A stretch of 64,000 bases of DNA, taken from NCBI GenBank assembly GCA_035356615.1, contig DAOQSN010000003.1, forward strand, positions 9,835 to 73,834. Reading direction: 5' to 3'. The notes under the pieces are model-generated. The model worked only from the letters and a program-made list of their open reading frames with translations, was not told the DNA's origin and did not search any database. How positions within the stretch are numbered: the first letter of the stretch is position 1; every line of letters starts with the position of its first letter. Origin of the DNA: Phycisphaerae bacterium (GTDB lineage Bacteria; Planctomycetota; Phycisphaerae; UBA1845). Below are positions 20,061 to 28,566 of this stretch, in pieces. A program made the translations under genes and the position numbers.

Positions 20061-20720
20061 ATGCGATCAGCCACGCCGGGGGAGGTTCGGCTTGAGGTTC
20101 AGGCGAGGCGGCGACCTCCCGGGTTGGCTGTGCGTCTTCCTGCAACCGCACACGGGGTTGAGACAAGTGGCTCGACGTTGGAAGTAGAGGAGACGGGCGA
20201 GCGGGCCCCGGCCGAGCTGTGGCTGGAGTGCACCGATGCCGATGGCCGGCCAGCGGAGTGGTTTCACGACCTTTGGTGGACGGAGGTGCTCAGTCGGTGG
20301 GGTGACCTGTCGGTGACGGTGCACGTCCTGCCCACTCCCGGGGCGTTGCTGCACGCGGTGGTGGTGTCGGCCGTCGAGATGGTGCGTCGCGTGGCGCCGC
20401 GTTGGCGTGTCGTGGGTCATGCGTATGTGGACGAGCTAGGTGCCGACGCCGCGGTGGAGGCGCTAGCGCGGAGCGCCTACCACGAGGTGCGTTTGATCGA
20501 CCAGCCGCGTTCCACGTGCAGAGGCGATCGTTCGGAATCGTCGCTCACCCTTCCTGAGTTCCTCGGGCGCGTTCGGCGCGAGCAGGAGCGGCTCGGCGTG
20601 ACTCGTCCGATTCTTACCCGGGTGGCGGATGCGCCCGCGGGCAACTCCGGCGGAGCAAGTGCCTCCTTCGGCTCCGCCGGGACCGTGGTCACTGCTCCCG
20701 TTTCCTTGTTTTCGCGGTAG
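20061..20720 (+). CDS. Hypothetical protein
   Basis: ATG at 20061 lies 10 nt after GAAGGAG. The 219-codon ORF has non-repetitive composition. No recognisable motif. Confidence 0.5.
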   Translation: MRSATPGEVRLEVQARRRPPGLAVRLPATAHGVETSGSTLEVEETGERAPAELWLECTDADGRPAEWFHDLWWTEVLSRWGDLSVTVHVLPTPGALLHAVVVSAVEMVRRVAPRWRVVGHAYVDELGADAAVEALARSAYHEVRLIDQPRSTCRGDRSESSLTLPEFLGRVRREQERLGVTRPILTRVADAPAGNSGGASASFGSAGTVVTAPVSLFSR

Positions 20721-20845
20721 CGAATGGGTCATCGTGGGGCCGTCTTGGGCGACCTGCTGCGGGTCGCCCCGCGCGCCGGCGGAGGGTACCGGTCGGGTGT
20801 TGCCGATGCTCGCTTGTCCGTGCGCACCGGGCTACGATACCGTGC

Positions 20846-22126
20846 ATGTCGCTCGTGGTGCAGAAGTTCGGGGGCAGCAGCCTGGCCACACCGGAGAAGA
20901 TCCACCGGGCGGCGCGGCGGGCGATTCGGTCGAAGTTAGAGGGGCGGCGCGTCGTGCTGGTGGTGTCGGCGATGGGGGACTCCACCGACGAACTGCTGAA
21001 GCTGGCCTCGGGCGTCTGCTCCGATCCGCCCAAGCGCGAACTGGACATGTTGCTGACGACGGGGGAGCAGGTGTCGATCGCCCTGATGGCGATGGCCATC
21101 GAGTCGGCGGGACATGAGGCGATCAGTCTGACGGCAGGGCAGCTTGGCCTGGTGACGGACAGTGCGCACACGCGGGCCCGCATTCAGCGGATCAGCCGGG
21201 AGCGCATTGACCGCGAGCTGGACCAGGGGCGGATCGTCATCGTGGCCGGCTTTCAGGGGACCGACGCCGGGGGGGAGATCACGACCATGGGGCGCGGCGC
21301 TTCGGACACTACGGCCGTGGCGCTCGCGGGGGCCCTGGGTGCCGACCGCTGCGAGGTGTACAAGGACGTCGACGGGGTGTACACGGCCGACCCGCGGCTG
21401 GTGCCCAATGCGCGTCGCATTCCGGTGCTCAGCTACGACGCCATGCTGGAGATGGCCGGCGCGGGGGCGGGGGTTCTGCATCCGCGGGCGATTGACTTTG
21501 CCAGGAAGTTCAACGTGGCGTTGGAGGTGCGCAGCTCGTTGTGGGAAGGGAAGGGTACGATGATCACGCCGGAAACCGCCGAGACGGCCGCCCTGCCGGT
21601 GCGCGGCGTCGTGCTGCGCGAGGACCTGGCGCTGGCGGCGCTTGCCGGAGTGCCGAACCAGCCGGGCGTGACGGCCCGGGTGTTCGCTCAGCTTGCCGAC
21701 AAGCAGATTCTCGTTGACGACATCGTGCAAGGCGTCGAGGCAGACGGGCGCACGGTGCGGATCAGCTTCTCGATCAGCCGGACGGACGCCGGCGCAACGC
21801 GCGAGGTGTGCGAACGACTCAGGCAGCAGTGCGGCTGGGCGGGCGTGGAGATGGACGAGAGTGTGTCGAAGATCAGCGCCATCGGCGTGGGCATGCGGTC
21901 CCACGCCGGTGTGGCCCACGTGATGTTCGACGCGCTGGCGCGGGCCCAGATTGACGTGCTGGGCATTTCCACGAGCGAGATCGTTATCAGTTGCCTCGTG
22001 CGTCGTGGCGACGGGCCGCGCGCGCTGCGGGGGGTGCATGATGCCTTCGGGCTGGGTGAGCCGGGGCCGCAGGCGCCGATGTCCGGGGTAACGTCGTTGC
22101 AGGGGCCCGCCGCGACGAAGCTGTAG
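20846..22126 (+). CDS. lysC: Aspartate kinase
   Basis: MSLVVQKFGGSSLATPEKI, VVLVVSAMGDSTDELL, ITTMGRGASDTTAVALA, and C-terminal ACT-like repeats. Confidence 0.9.
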   Translation: MSLVVQKFGGSSLATPEKIHRAARRAIRSKLEGRRVVLVVSAMGDSTDELLKLASGVCSDPPKRELDMLLTTGEQVSIALMAMAIESAGHEAISLTAGQLGLVTDSAHTRARIQRISRERIDRELDQGRIVIVAGFQGTDAGGEITTMGRGASDTTAVALAGALGADRCEVYKDVDGVYTADPRLVPNARRIPVLSYDAMLEMAGAGAGVLHPRAIDFARKFNVALEVRSSLWEGKGTMITPETAETAALPVRGVVLREDLALAALAGVPNQPGVTARVFAQLADKQILVDDIVQGVEADGRTVRISFSISRTDAGATREVCERLRQQCGWAGVEMDESVSKISAIGVGMRSHAGVAHVMFDALARAQIDVLGISTSEIVISCLVRRGDGPRALRGVHDAFGLGEPGPQAPMSGVTSLQGPAATKL

Positions 22127-22203
22127 CGGTGCCCCCGTGGTCGGCGGGCGCTGCCGGCTCCTGCGACGCTCGCCGTGGGGCGAGGTTGCGTCGGGGTGAT
22201 CGC

Positions 22204-22842
22204 ATGCGCAGACGAAGGCCATGCTTGCCCGCCTCCGTGTTCTTCCCCCGGCCGTGGCGGCGCCGGCGCACGGTGGGGTGGGTCGTGCTGGTGCTGGTGG
22301 TCGTGCTGGTCGGCGCGGTGGACCGCTACTACGCGGGGCAGGGCGGCGGCGACGATTGGGCACGCTACCACGACCGTTGCTTTGCGGTCGCGAAGGTTGT
22401 GGATGGAGACACCCTGGACGTGGCTGCTCCTGACGGACGCAGCGCGACGACGCGCATCCGGTTATGGGGCGTCGATACGCCCGAGCTGGCGCGTGGGGAT
22501 GGTGGGGCGATGTACTTCGGTCCCGAGGCAGGCGCGTTTGCAGAGCGCATGCTCGACGGACAGACGGTCCGCCTTGTCCTGCATCCCCAGCGCTCGCGCG
22601 ACAAGTACGGCCGGTTGCTGGCGTACGTGTACCTGGCCCCGCAAGGACCGATGTTTAATGAGCGGTTGTTGGAGGAGGGCTACGCCTACGCGGACACGCG
22701 GTTCGCCCACCCGTTCAAGGCGGATTTTGTGCGGCTGGAGCAGACCGCGCGGCGGGCGGGGGTGGGCCTGTGGGGCGGCGTCACGCCCGGTCTGATGCCT
22801 GAGTGGAGGCGGCGTCTGGAGACGAGGGGGCGTAAAGGCTGA
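22204..22842 (+). CDS. Membrane-anchored thermonuclease (staphylococcal nuclease/SNase-like)
   Basis: N-terminal TM segment VGWVVLVLVVVLVGAV. VVDGDTLDV...IRLWGVDTPEL...DKYGRLLAYVYL...NERLLEEGYAYA. Confidence 0.8.
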   Translation: MRRRRPCLPASVFFPRPWRRRRTVGWVVLVLVVVLVGAVDRYYAGQGGGDDWARYHDRCFAVAKVVDGDTLDVAAPDGRSATTRIRLWGVDTPELARGDGGAMYFGPEAGAFAERMLDGQTVRLVLHPQRSRDKYGRLLAYVYLAPQGPMFNERLLEEGYAYADTRFAHPFKADFVRLEQTARRAGVGLWGGVTPGLMPEWRRRLETRGRKG

Positions 22843-23531
22843 CAGTGCCGGCCGCGGGTGTTCCTCCCAGGCGGGGGGGTCCGGTAAGACCTGCAGGGCA
22901 GGAGCGACAGGTCGCTTGGCCGGCGTGCCGGGTGGGCGGGGGCCGCCCCCAACAAGAGGGGGAGGTTCCGGCCCAAGGGGAGCCGCTGGATTCGGGGCAC
23001 TTGTCGTGCCTGACCTGCCGGAGCCGGGTCGTGCGGGGTGGTTTCCACGGCGGCAGCCGGGATGACGGACGCCGGGGCGGCGGTTGTCGGGCTTGCGTGG
23101 GGTCGCGAGTCGGCCACAGCGGCTTGGCGAGTCTTGCATTGCGGACCGGCTCCGGCTACACTCCAAGTTGGGGTGTACCCGCCGAAATGGGGGATTAGCG
23201 GCGTTAAGGGGAGCGTGGGGGACGGGTTCCGGACCGGATGGTCCAGCGAGATTACGGCTGCCGGGGCCGCGCGGGGTTGTCCTTCGACACTGAACAACAG
23301 AACGGCACACCATTGCGGCGGGTCGGCGGTGCGTTTCGCCGGAGCCGGGAACAGCCCACGAGGTACCCTGATCGGCGGCGGCGCCAAGCGCAGGCGAGGT
23401 CAACCTCGCCCTCCCCGAGGGTGATTTCAGCGGAAGGATACGGCAGAGGGTGGGTTCGGGCAGGGCACGGGGCGACGAGCGGTCCCCCGGGACGACCCGA
23501 AAGCACACCTGATAGAAAGGAGCCTGAAACG

Positions 23532-26500
23532 ATGAGGGGGCACGGGAGTCTGAGCATGCGGCTGAGCGGGTGGGCAGTGCCGGGCTTTCTCCTGGCGATC
23601 CTGACGGCGCCGACTTTTGCGCAGGGCAGCGGCGGAGCGGTCGAGGTGGCCCAGCGGGGGCCGTCCTACGAGGTCCGCTACACGGCCAACTTCCTGCCGG
23701 ACGAGCTCTCGCTCGATACGGTGCTGGGCTACGACCACGTGGAGATCACCGACGGGGCGTGGCTGAACGAGGCGGGCCTGCCGTTGCTGCCGGTCCGCAT
23801 TGCGTCCGTTGCGTTGCCTGCGGGGATGACGGTGACCGGGCTGCGGGTGCTGGGCGTAGAGACCGTGGATGTGGAGGGGGAGTATACGATCTTCCCGGGC
23901 CAGCCCTACACGCGTTGCTCGCTGCCGGCGCCGGAGTTTACGGCGCCGAATCCGCTGGCCTACGCTTCGGCCGATCCCTATCCGCTGGAGGTGGCGGAGT
24001 TGATTGACCAGGCCGACCTGGCGGGTCAGAGCTTCGCCCGCGTGCGCCTGTACCCGGTGCAGTACGTGGCGGCACAGAAGAAGCTGCGGCTTTGTACGGC
24101 GATCCGGATCGCCCTGGACGGGGTTCCGGGGTACGTGTGTGGTGACTACCTGCCGCAGCGGATATCGGAGGAGGGCCGGGCGACGCTGGAGCAGATGCTC
24201 GTCGAGTCGGTGGTGAACCCGGAGCACATTGCGGTGCAAGCGGACCCGGCGGGTGCTCCGAGCAGCCGCGGTGTGGCGCCCGGGGATTACGATTACGTCA
24301 TCATCACCCAGAGCAGTTGGGCGAGTGCGTTCGCGCCCCTGGCGGCGTGGAAGACCAAGAAGGGCGTGCCGGCGACCGTGGTGACCACGACATGGATCTA
24401 CACCAGCGGTGGCTACAGCGGCACCGAGGCCGAGAAGATCCGCGCCTTCGTGATCGACGCGTACAACAACTGGGGGACGACGTTCTTCCTGCTGGGCGGC
24501 GACACGAACACGGTGCCCTACCACGTGGACCACCACATCGAGGACGACATACCCAACGACACGTACTACGCAGACTTCGACAGTGACTGGTTCACTGAAG
24601 TGAACGTGGGGCGCGCCTCGGTACGCGACAGTGCGGCGGTGGCCACCTTCGTCAACAAGACATTGAACTATGAGAAGAACCCGCCCCTCACGGACTTCGC
24701 GAAGACGGCAACGCTGCTGGGCTTCGATCTGAAGGAGCTCCACAGCAACGAGGGCCAGCTTTGCAAGTACTACATTCACAGCAACTACCTGCCTGCGACG
24801 TGGACCGTGCGTACCGAGTACGACAGCGAGCAGGGCTCGCACAAGGCGGATGCCACGGGCTACCTGAACCTGGGTAACGTCCTGGTGAACCACATTGACC
24901 ATTCCTCCACCAACGTCATGGGGGTAGGGTCGGTCAACCACGGCGACTACTTCAGCACCAGCGACATGGGCGCCCTGACGAACGGGAGCCGCCAGAGCCT
25001 GTGGTATTCGATCGGCTGCTGGGCCTGCGACTATGCGGCGACCACCTGCGTGGCGGAGGCCTTTGTCCGCAACGCTTCGGGCGGCGGCATCGGGTTCATC
25101 GGCAACTCCCGTTACGGCTGGTACATTCCTTACATCGGGGACGGGGCCTCGCTCCGCTATGACCGTTACTTCTTCCGGTCGGTGATGTCACAGGGGCATG
25201 ACCGGATGGGGGTCGCCTTAGCCGACCATCGGAACGACGCCTACGCGGGAGACAGCTACGCCAGGTACATTTACACCGAACTGACGCTGCTGGGCGATCC
25301 GCAGACGCGTCTCTGGCTCGAGAATCCGGGGGCGTTCACGGTCGAGCATCCGGCGACCCTGCCCGTGAATGCGTACACTTCCTTCCCCGTGTTTGTGTAT
25401 CGCAACGGGGTGCCCGCCAGCGGATTCACCGTGTGCCTCATGAAGGACAACGACGTGTACGAGGTGGCAATGACCGGCGCGGAGGGTTACGTCACCTTCT
25501 GGTTTGCACCGGGCACAACGGGCACCATGTACGTCACGGTCACGCGCAAAAACTACGTGCCCTACGAGGGTCAGGCGCAAGTCGTCTACGGCCCCACCGA
25601 CCCCGAGGCGTGCTGCTTTGGCGACGAGAGCTGTCTCGACCGGCTGGCACAGGACTGCGTGGCCCTGGGAGGAACCCCGCTGGGGCCCGGTACCGCGTGC
25701 GCCACGGCCTGCTGCCCCGGACCGGCCCGGGCGTGCTGCTTTGAGGACGGCTCCTGTGCCGACCTGGATCCGGCGGTGTGCACCGGCGACGGCGGCACCC
25801 CCTGGGCTGCGGGGACCGACTGTGACAGCGTCTATTGCCCACAACCGCCCGATCCGCGGATGATCGACATCGGGCTCATCTCCACCGTCAATCCCAACAG
25901 TGTCTGCCCGGGGCGGTCGTTCGACGTCTACGTCACCCTCTCGGCTCCTGACGACGACATCCAAGATTTGCGGTTGTTGCAGTTCGACGCCAGTCTGAGC
26001 ACCAACCTGACGGTCAACAGCGTCACCTGGCAGTTGCCGGTACTTCCCGGCATGTACCTGTTCGACAGTTACCTGCCCGTGATCGGGGCAGCCTACACGG
26101 GCGTCGAACGCGAGCCCGGCTACATCGTGGACCTCGACGCCACGGCGCAAACCGTGGCGCGCCTGAGCGTCACCTACCAGGGCGGGACGGCCGAGCTCAA
26201 CGTGGTCGGCCCCGCGGGCACCTCCATCGACGAGGGCGCCTACTTTGAGGCGGGTTTCGACCCCGTGCCGTCGTTCAGTCTCAACCTCGGCAACGTCACC
26301 GGTGGCACTCTGATCTTCAGCGAAGGCAGTTGTGATGAGATCCACATCGTCAGCAGTGATCCCGCCGACGGTTGGATCGACGCCCGCGTGCCGATTGATC
26401 CAAGCACGCTGGAGGTGCAGGGTTGGACGAGTGTGCAGGTGACGTTTGACGGCGACGTCGAGGGCTTGGCAGTAACCGACTTTGCCGTGACCGAGGTTTG

Positions 26501-26894
26501 CGCCAGCGGCTCATGCGACGGCGTTGCCCCCTCCGTCTCCGCCCTGCTGCCGATCTCCAGCACCACGGTGCTGCTGGCCTTGGATCGCCCGATTGACCCG
26601 AGGGCGTGGACGGTCATCACCCTGCTGGGTGGGGATCCGACGGACCGCATCCGCCTCGGCTACCTGCCGGCCGACGCCGACGGCAGCCGGACCTCGAATG
26701 CTCAGGATATTGTGCAGGTGATCAACCAGATCAACGCGGTGTTCGGCGGAGGCACGCCGGTTCTGCACCAGTGTGACATCAACCGGTCGGGCACGGTGAC
26801 GGTGGCCGACATGCTGACGCTCATCAACCTGCTCAACGGCGCGTCGCCGTACCCGGTTGCGTACTTTGGAGAACAGCTCCCTGCGCTGCCGTAG
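23532..26894 (+). CDS. Secreted peptidase C25 (gingipain-like cysteine protease) with Cys-rich repeats and C-terminal dockerin-like module
   Basis: ATG at 23532 lies after GAAAGGAG. Signal peptide ...LLAILTAPTFAQG. YDYVIITQSSW...AWKTKKG..., FFLLGGDTNTVPY, catalytic-region VNHIDHSS and SIGCWACDY. CCF-x-D-x-SC repeated twice. C-terminal DADGSRTSNAQDIVQVI / DINRSGTVTVADMLTLI. Confidence 0.8.
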   Translation: MRGHGSLSMRLSGWAVPGFLLAILTAPTFAQGSGGAVEVAQRGPSYEVRYTANFLPDELSLDTVLGYDHVEITDGAWLNEAGLPLLPVRIASVALPAGMTVTGLRVLGVETVDVEGEYTIFPGQPYTRCSLPAPEFTAPNPLAYASADPYPLEVAELIDQADLAGQSFARVRLYPVQYVAAQKKLRLCTAIRIALDGVPGYVCGDYLPQRISEEGRATLEQMLVESVVNPEHIAVQADPAGAPSSRGVAPGDYDYVIITQSSWASAFAPLAAWKTKKGVPATVVTTTWIYTSGGYSGTEAEKIRAFVIDAYNNWGTTFFLLGGDTNTVPYHVDHHIEDDIPNDTYYADFDSDWFTEVNVGRASVRDSAAVATFVNKTLNYEKNPPLTDFAKTATLLGFDLKELHSNEGQLCKYYIHSNYLPATWTVRTEYDSEQGSHKADATGYLNLGNVLVNHIDHSSTNVMGVGSVNHGDYFSTSDMGALTNGSRQSLWYSIGCWACDYAATTCVAEAFVRNASGGGIGFIGNSRYGWYIPYIGDGASLRYDRYFFRSVMSQGHDRMGVALADHRNDAYAGDSYARYIYTELTLLGDPQTRLWLENPGAFTVEHPATLPVNAYTSFPVFVYRNGVPASGFTVCLMKDNDVYEVAMTGAEGYVTFWFAPGTTGTMYVTVTRKNYVPYEGQAQVVYGPTDPEACCFGDESCLDRLAQDCVALGGTPLGPGTACATACCPGPARACCFEDGSCADLDPAVCTGDGGTPWAAGTDCDSVYCPQPPDPRMIDIGLISTVNPNSVCPGRSFDVYVTLSAPDDDIQDLRLLQFDASLSTNLTVNSVTWQLPVLPGMYLFDSYLPVIGAAYTGVEREPGYIVDLDATAQTVARLSVTYQGGTAELNVVGPAGTSIDEGAYFEAGFDPVPSFSLNLGNVTGGTLIFSEGSCDEIHIVSSDPADGWIDARVPIDPSTLEVQGWTSVQVTFDGDVEGLAVTDFAVTEVCASGSCDGVAPSVSALLPISSTTVLLALDRPIDPRAWTVITLLGGDPTDRIRLGYLPADADGSRTSNAQDIVQVINQINAVFGGGTPVLHQCDINRSGTVTVADMLTLINLLNGASPYPVAYFGEQLPALP

Positions 26895-26926
26895 GTAGAA
26901 GGCAAGCGGCAACAGGCAACAGAAAC

Positions 26927-26951
26927 GTGGCACGGGCGTCGCGCCCGTGAC
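26927..26951. terminator. GC hairpin of the CACGGGC...GCCCGTG family directly after the peptidase gene; possible intrinsic terminator or REP-like repeat
   Basis: gtggCACGGGCGtcgCGCCCGTGac lies 33 nt after the stop codon. No T-tract follows. Confidence 0.4.
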
Positions 26952-26999
26952 TTCACCGGCGTCTCGCCTGGGTATCCGCCGCGGCTTCGTCCGCGTGGA

Positions 27000-27051
27000 C
27001 ACCGGCGAGACGCCGGTGCCATAATGCGGGTACCTCGGCGAGACGCCGGTG
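27000..27051. repeat. Repeated CACCGGCGAGACGCCGGTG hairpins (two full copies, plus a partial inverted copy at 26954-26968)
   Basis: Read directly: an 8-bp stem with a 3-nt loop, repeated within 100 bp. Confidence 0.7.
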
Positions 27052-27255
27052 CGACGGAAGCGGTGCCGGAACGCGGGATGCCGCCGGTCGGGAGCGGCAG
27101 AGAGCCGCGGCGGTCTGATCCGGCGGGACCTCATTCGCCACTCGCTCTTCGACACTCGCCATTCCGCCTTGAGCGGCCCCCCCGGGGGGCAGGGGGCAAC
27201 CGTCCGCGGCCGCCTGCACTTCCGAGCGCGTGCATCTGAGGGTACAAACGGTGCG

Positions 27256-28377
27256 ATGGTCAGCGACGACGACATGCTGCCGCTGGTGCGCCCGGGTGCA
27301 GACGGCGAGCCGCCGGGGTTCCAACCGCCGGCGTTGCCCGAGCCCGCGGCGGAGGACGATGACGTCCTCGCCGACGACGGGGAGGAGGCCCCGCCGGTCG
27401 TCTTCACCCACCGCATCACCAAGCGCATGGCCGGCGCCCGGCTGGACAAGTTCCTGCGTGAACGCCACCCGCGCATCTCCCGGACCACATTGCAGCGCTA
27501 CATCAAGGAAGGGCAGGTGACGATCGGTGGGGCCGGCGTCAAGCCCAGCTATGAGATCCTCGCGGGCGACGAAGTCCAGGTCACCCTGCCGCCGCCGCCG
27601 ACCGTGGACGTGATCCCCGAGGACATTCCGCTGGACATCCTCTATGAAGACCAGTGGCTGATGGTGATCAACAAGCAAATCGGCATCGTCTGCCACCCCG
27701 GTTTCCCCGGGCAGCACGGGACGATCGCCAACGCCGTGATGTTTCACGCCGGGCGGGTCAGTGCGGGGAGTGATCCGTTCCGGCCGGGCATCGTGCACCG
27801 CCTGGACAAGAACACCACCGGCGTGATGCTTATCGCCAAGTGCGACGAGGCCCACTGGCGCATCTCACGCCAGTTCGAGCGCCGCACGACGCAGAAGGAG
27901 TACTTCGCCATCTGTGAAGGGCGCATCGCGTTGGATGGCGACGTTATCAACCGGCCGCTGGCGCCGCATCCCGATACGACCCGGCGCATGGTCCTGGCAC
28001 GCCCCGGCCCGCTGCCGCGGCAGGCAATGTTCAAGGAGGCCGTTACCGAGTACCGCGTGCTGAAGCGCTACCGCGGCTTCACCACCGTGGCGTTGTTCCC
28101 GAAGACCGGCCGGACGCACCAGCTCCGCGTCCACATGATGTCCATCGGACACCCGATTCTCGGGGACACGTACTACGGCGGGCACTGGGTCAGCGAGCGC
28201 GACCTTACCGGCGCCGGCGGCACGGAGCCGCTCTGTGAGTTCCAGGCCCTGCACGCCCGGCGCCTGCGGGTCATGCACCCGTTTCTCGATCAGCCGCTGG
28301 AGATTGAAGCCCCGCTGCCCGCGCGGCTGACCCGGATTGTCGAGTTGCTCGAAGCGCACCGGCCCGCGGAGCGGTGA
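27256..28377 (+). CDS. rluD: RluA-family 23S rRNA pseudouridine synthase (RluD-like) with S4 domain
   Basis: RLDKFLRERHPRISRTTLQRYIKEG (S4). Catalytic GIVHRLDKNTTGVMLIAK. YFAICEG, GRTHQLRVH. Confidence 0.85.
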   Translation: MVSDDDMLPLVRPGADGEPPGFQPPALPEPAAEDDDVLADDGEEAPPVVFTHRITKRMAGARLDKFLRERHPRISRTTLQRYIKEGQVTIGGAGVKPSYEILAGDEVQVTLPPPPTVDVIPEDIPLDILYEDQWLMVINKQIGIVCHPGFPGQHGTIANAVMFHAGRVSAGSDPFRPGIVHRLDKNTTGVMLIAKCDEAHWRISRQFERRTTQKEYFAICEGRIALDGDVINRPLAPHPDTTRRMVLARPGPLPRQAMFKEAVTEYRVLKRYRGFTTVALFPKTGRTHQLRVHMMSIGHPILGDTYYGGHWVSERDLTGAGGTEPLCEFQALHARRLRVMHPFLDQPLEIEAPLPARLTRIVELLEAHRPAER

Positions 28378-28427
28378 CGGGCAGGAGGTAACGACGGCAA
28401 GGCGCCGCGAACGGCATCAAGACCGCC

Positions 28428-28522
28428 GTGGCACGGGCATCCTGCCCGTGGCCGCGCGCGGGTTCGAGCGTACGGCGGGTGATCCCTCTCCCTCACAGGG
28501 AGAGGGGGTAGGGGTGAGGGTG
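28428..28522. repeat. Two adjacent dispersed-repeat hairpins (CACGGGCA..TGCCCGTG and CCCTCTCCCT..AGGGAGAGGG + GGTAGGGGTGAGGG) in a convergent intergenic region
   Basis: gtggcacgggcatcctgcccgtggc at 28428-28452. ccctctccctcacagggagagggggtaggggtgagggtgg at 28484-28522. Confidence 0.8.
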
Positions 28523-28566
28523 GCGGAGGCGAGGGCGCGCGGGGCGGCACCGCTGCCTGCGATGTT

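Noticed and set aside
20721-20845. Lysine riboswitch upstream of lysC
   Set aside because: Only ~125 nt are available and I could not see the conserved L-box core elements. A covariance-model scan would be needed before making any claim.
20936-22363. 475-aa ORF on the - strand
   Set aside because: Antisense to aspartate kinase and the thermonuclease. Arg/Pro-rich with no motifs.
23427-24941. 504-aa ORF on the - strand (and 25218-26345, 375 aa)
   Set aside because: Antisense to the C25 peptidase gene. High-GC artefact.
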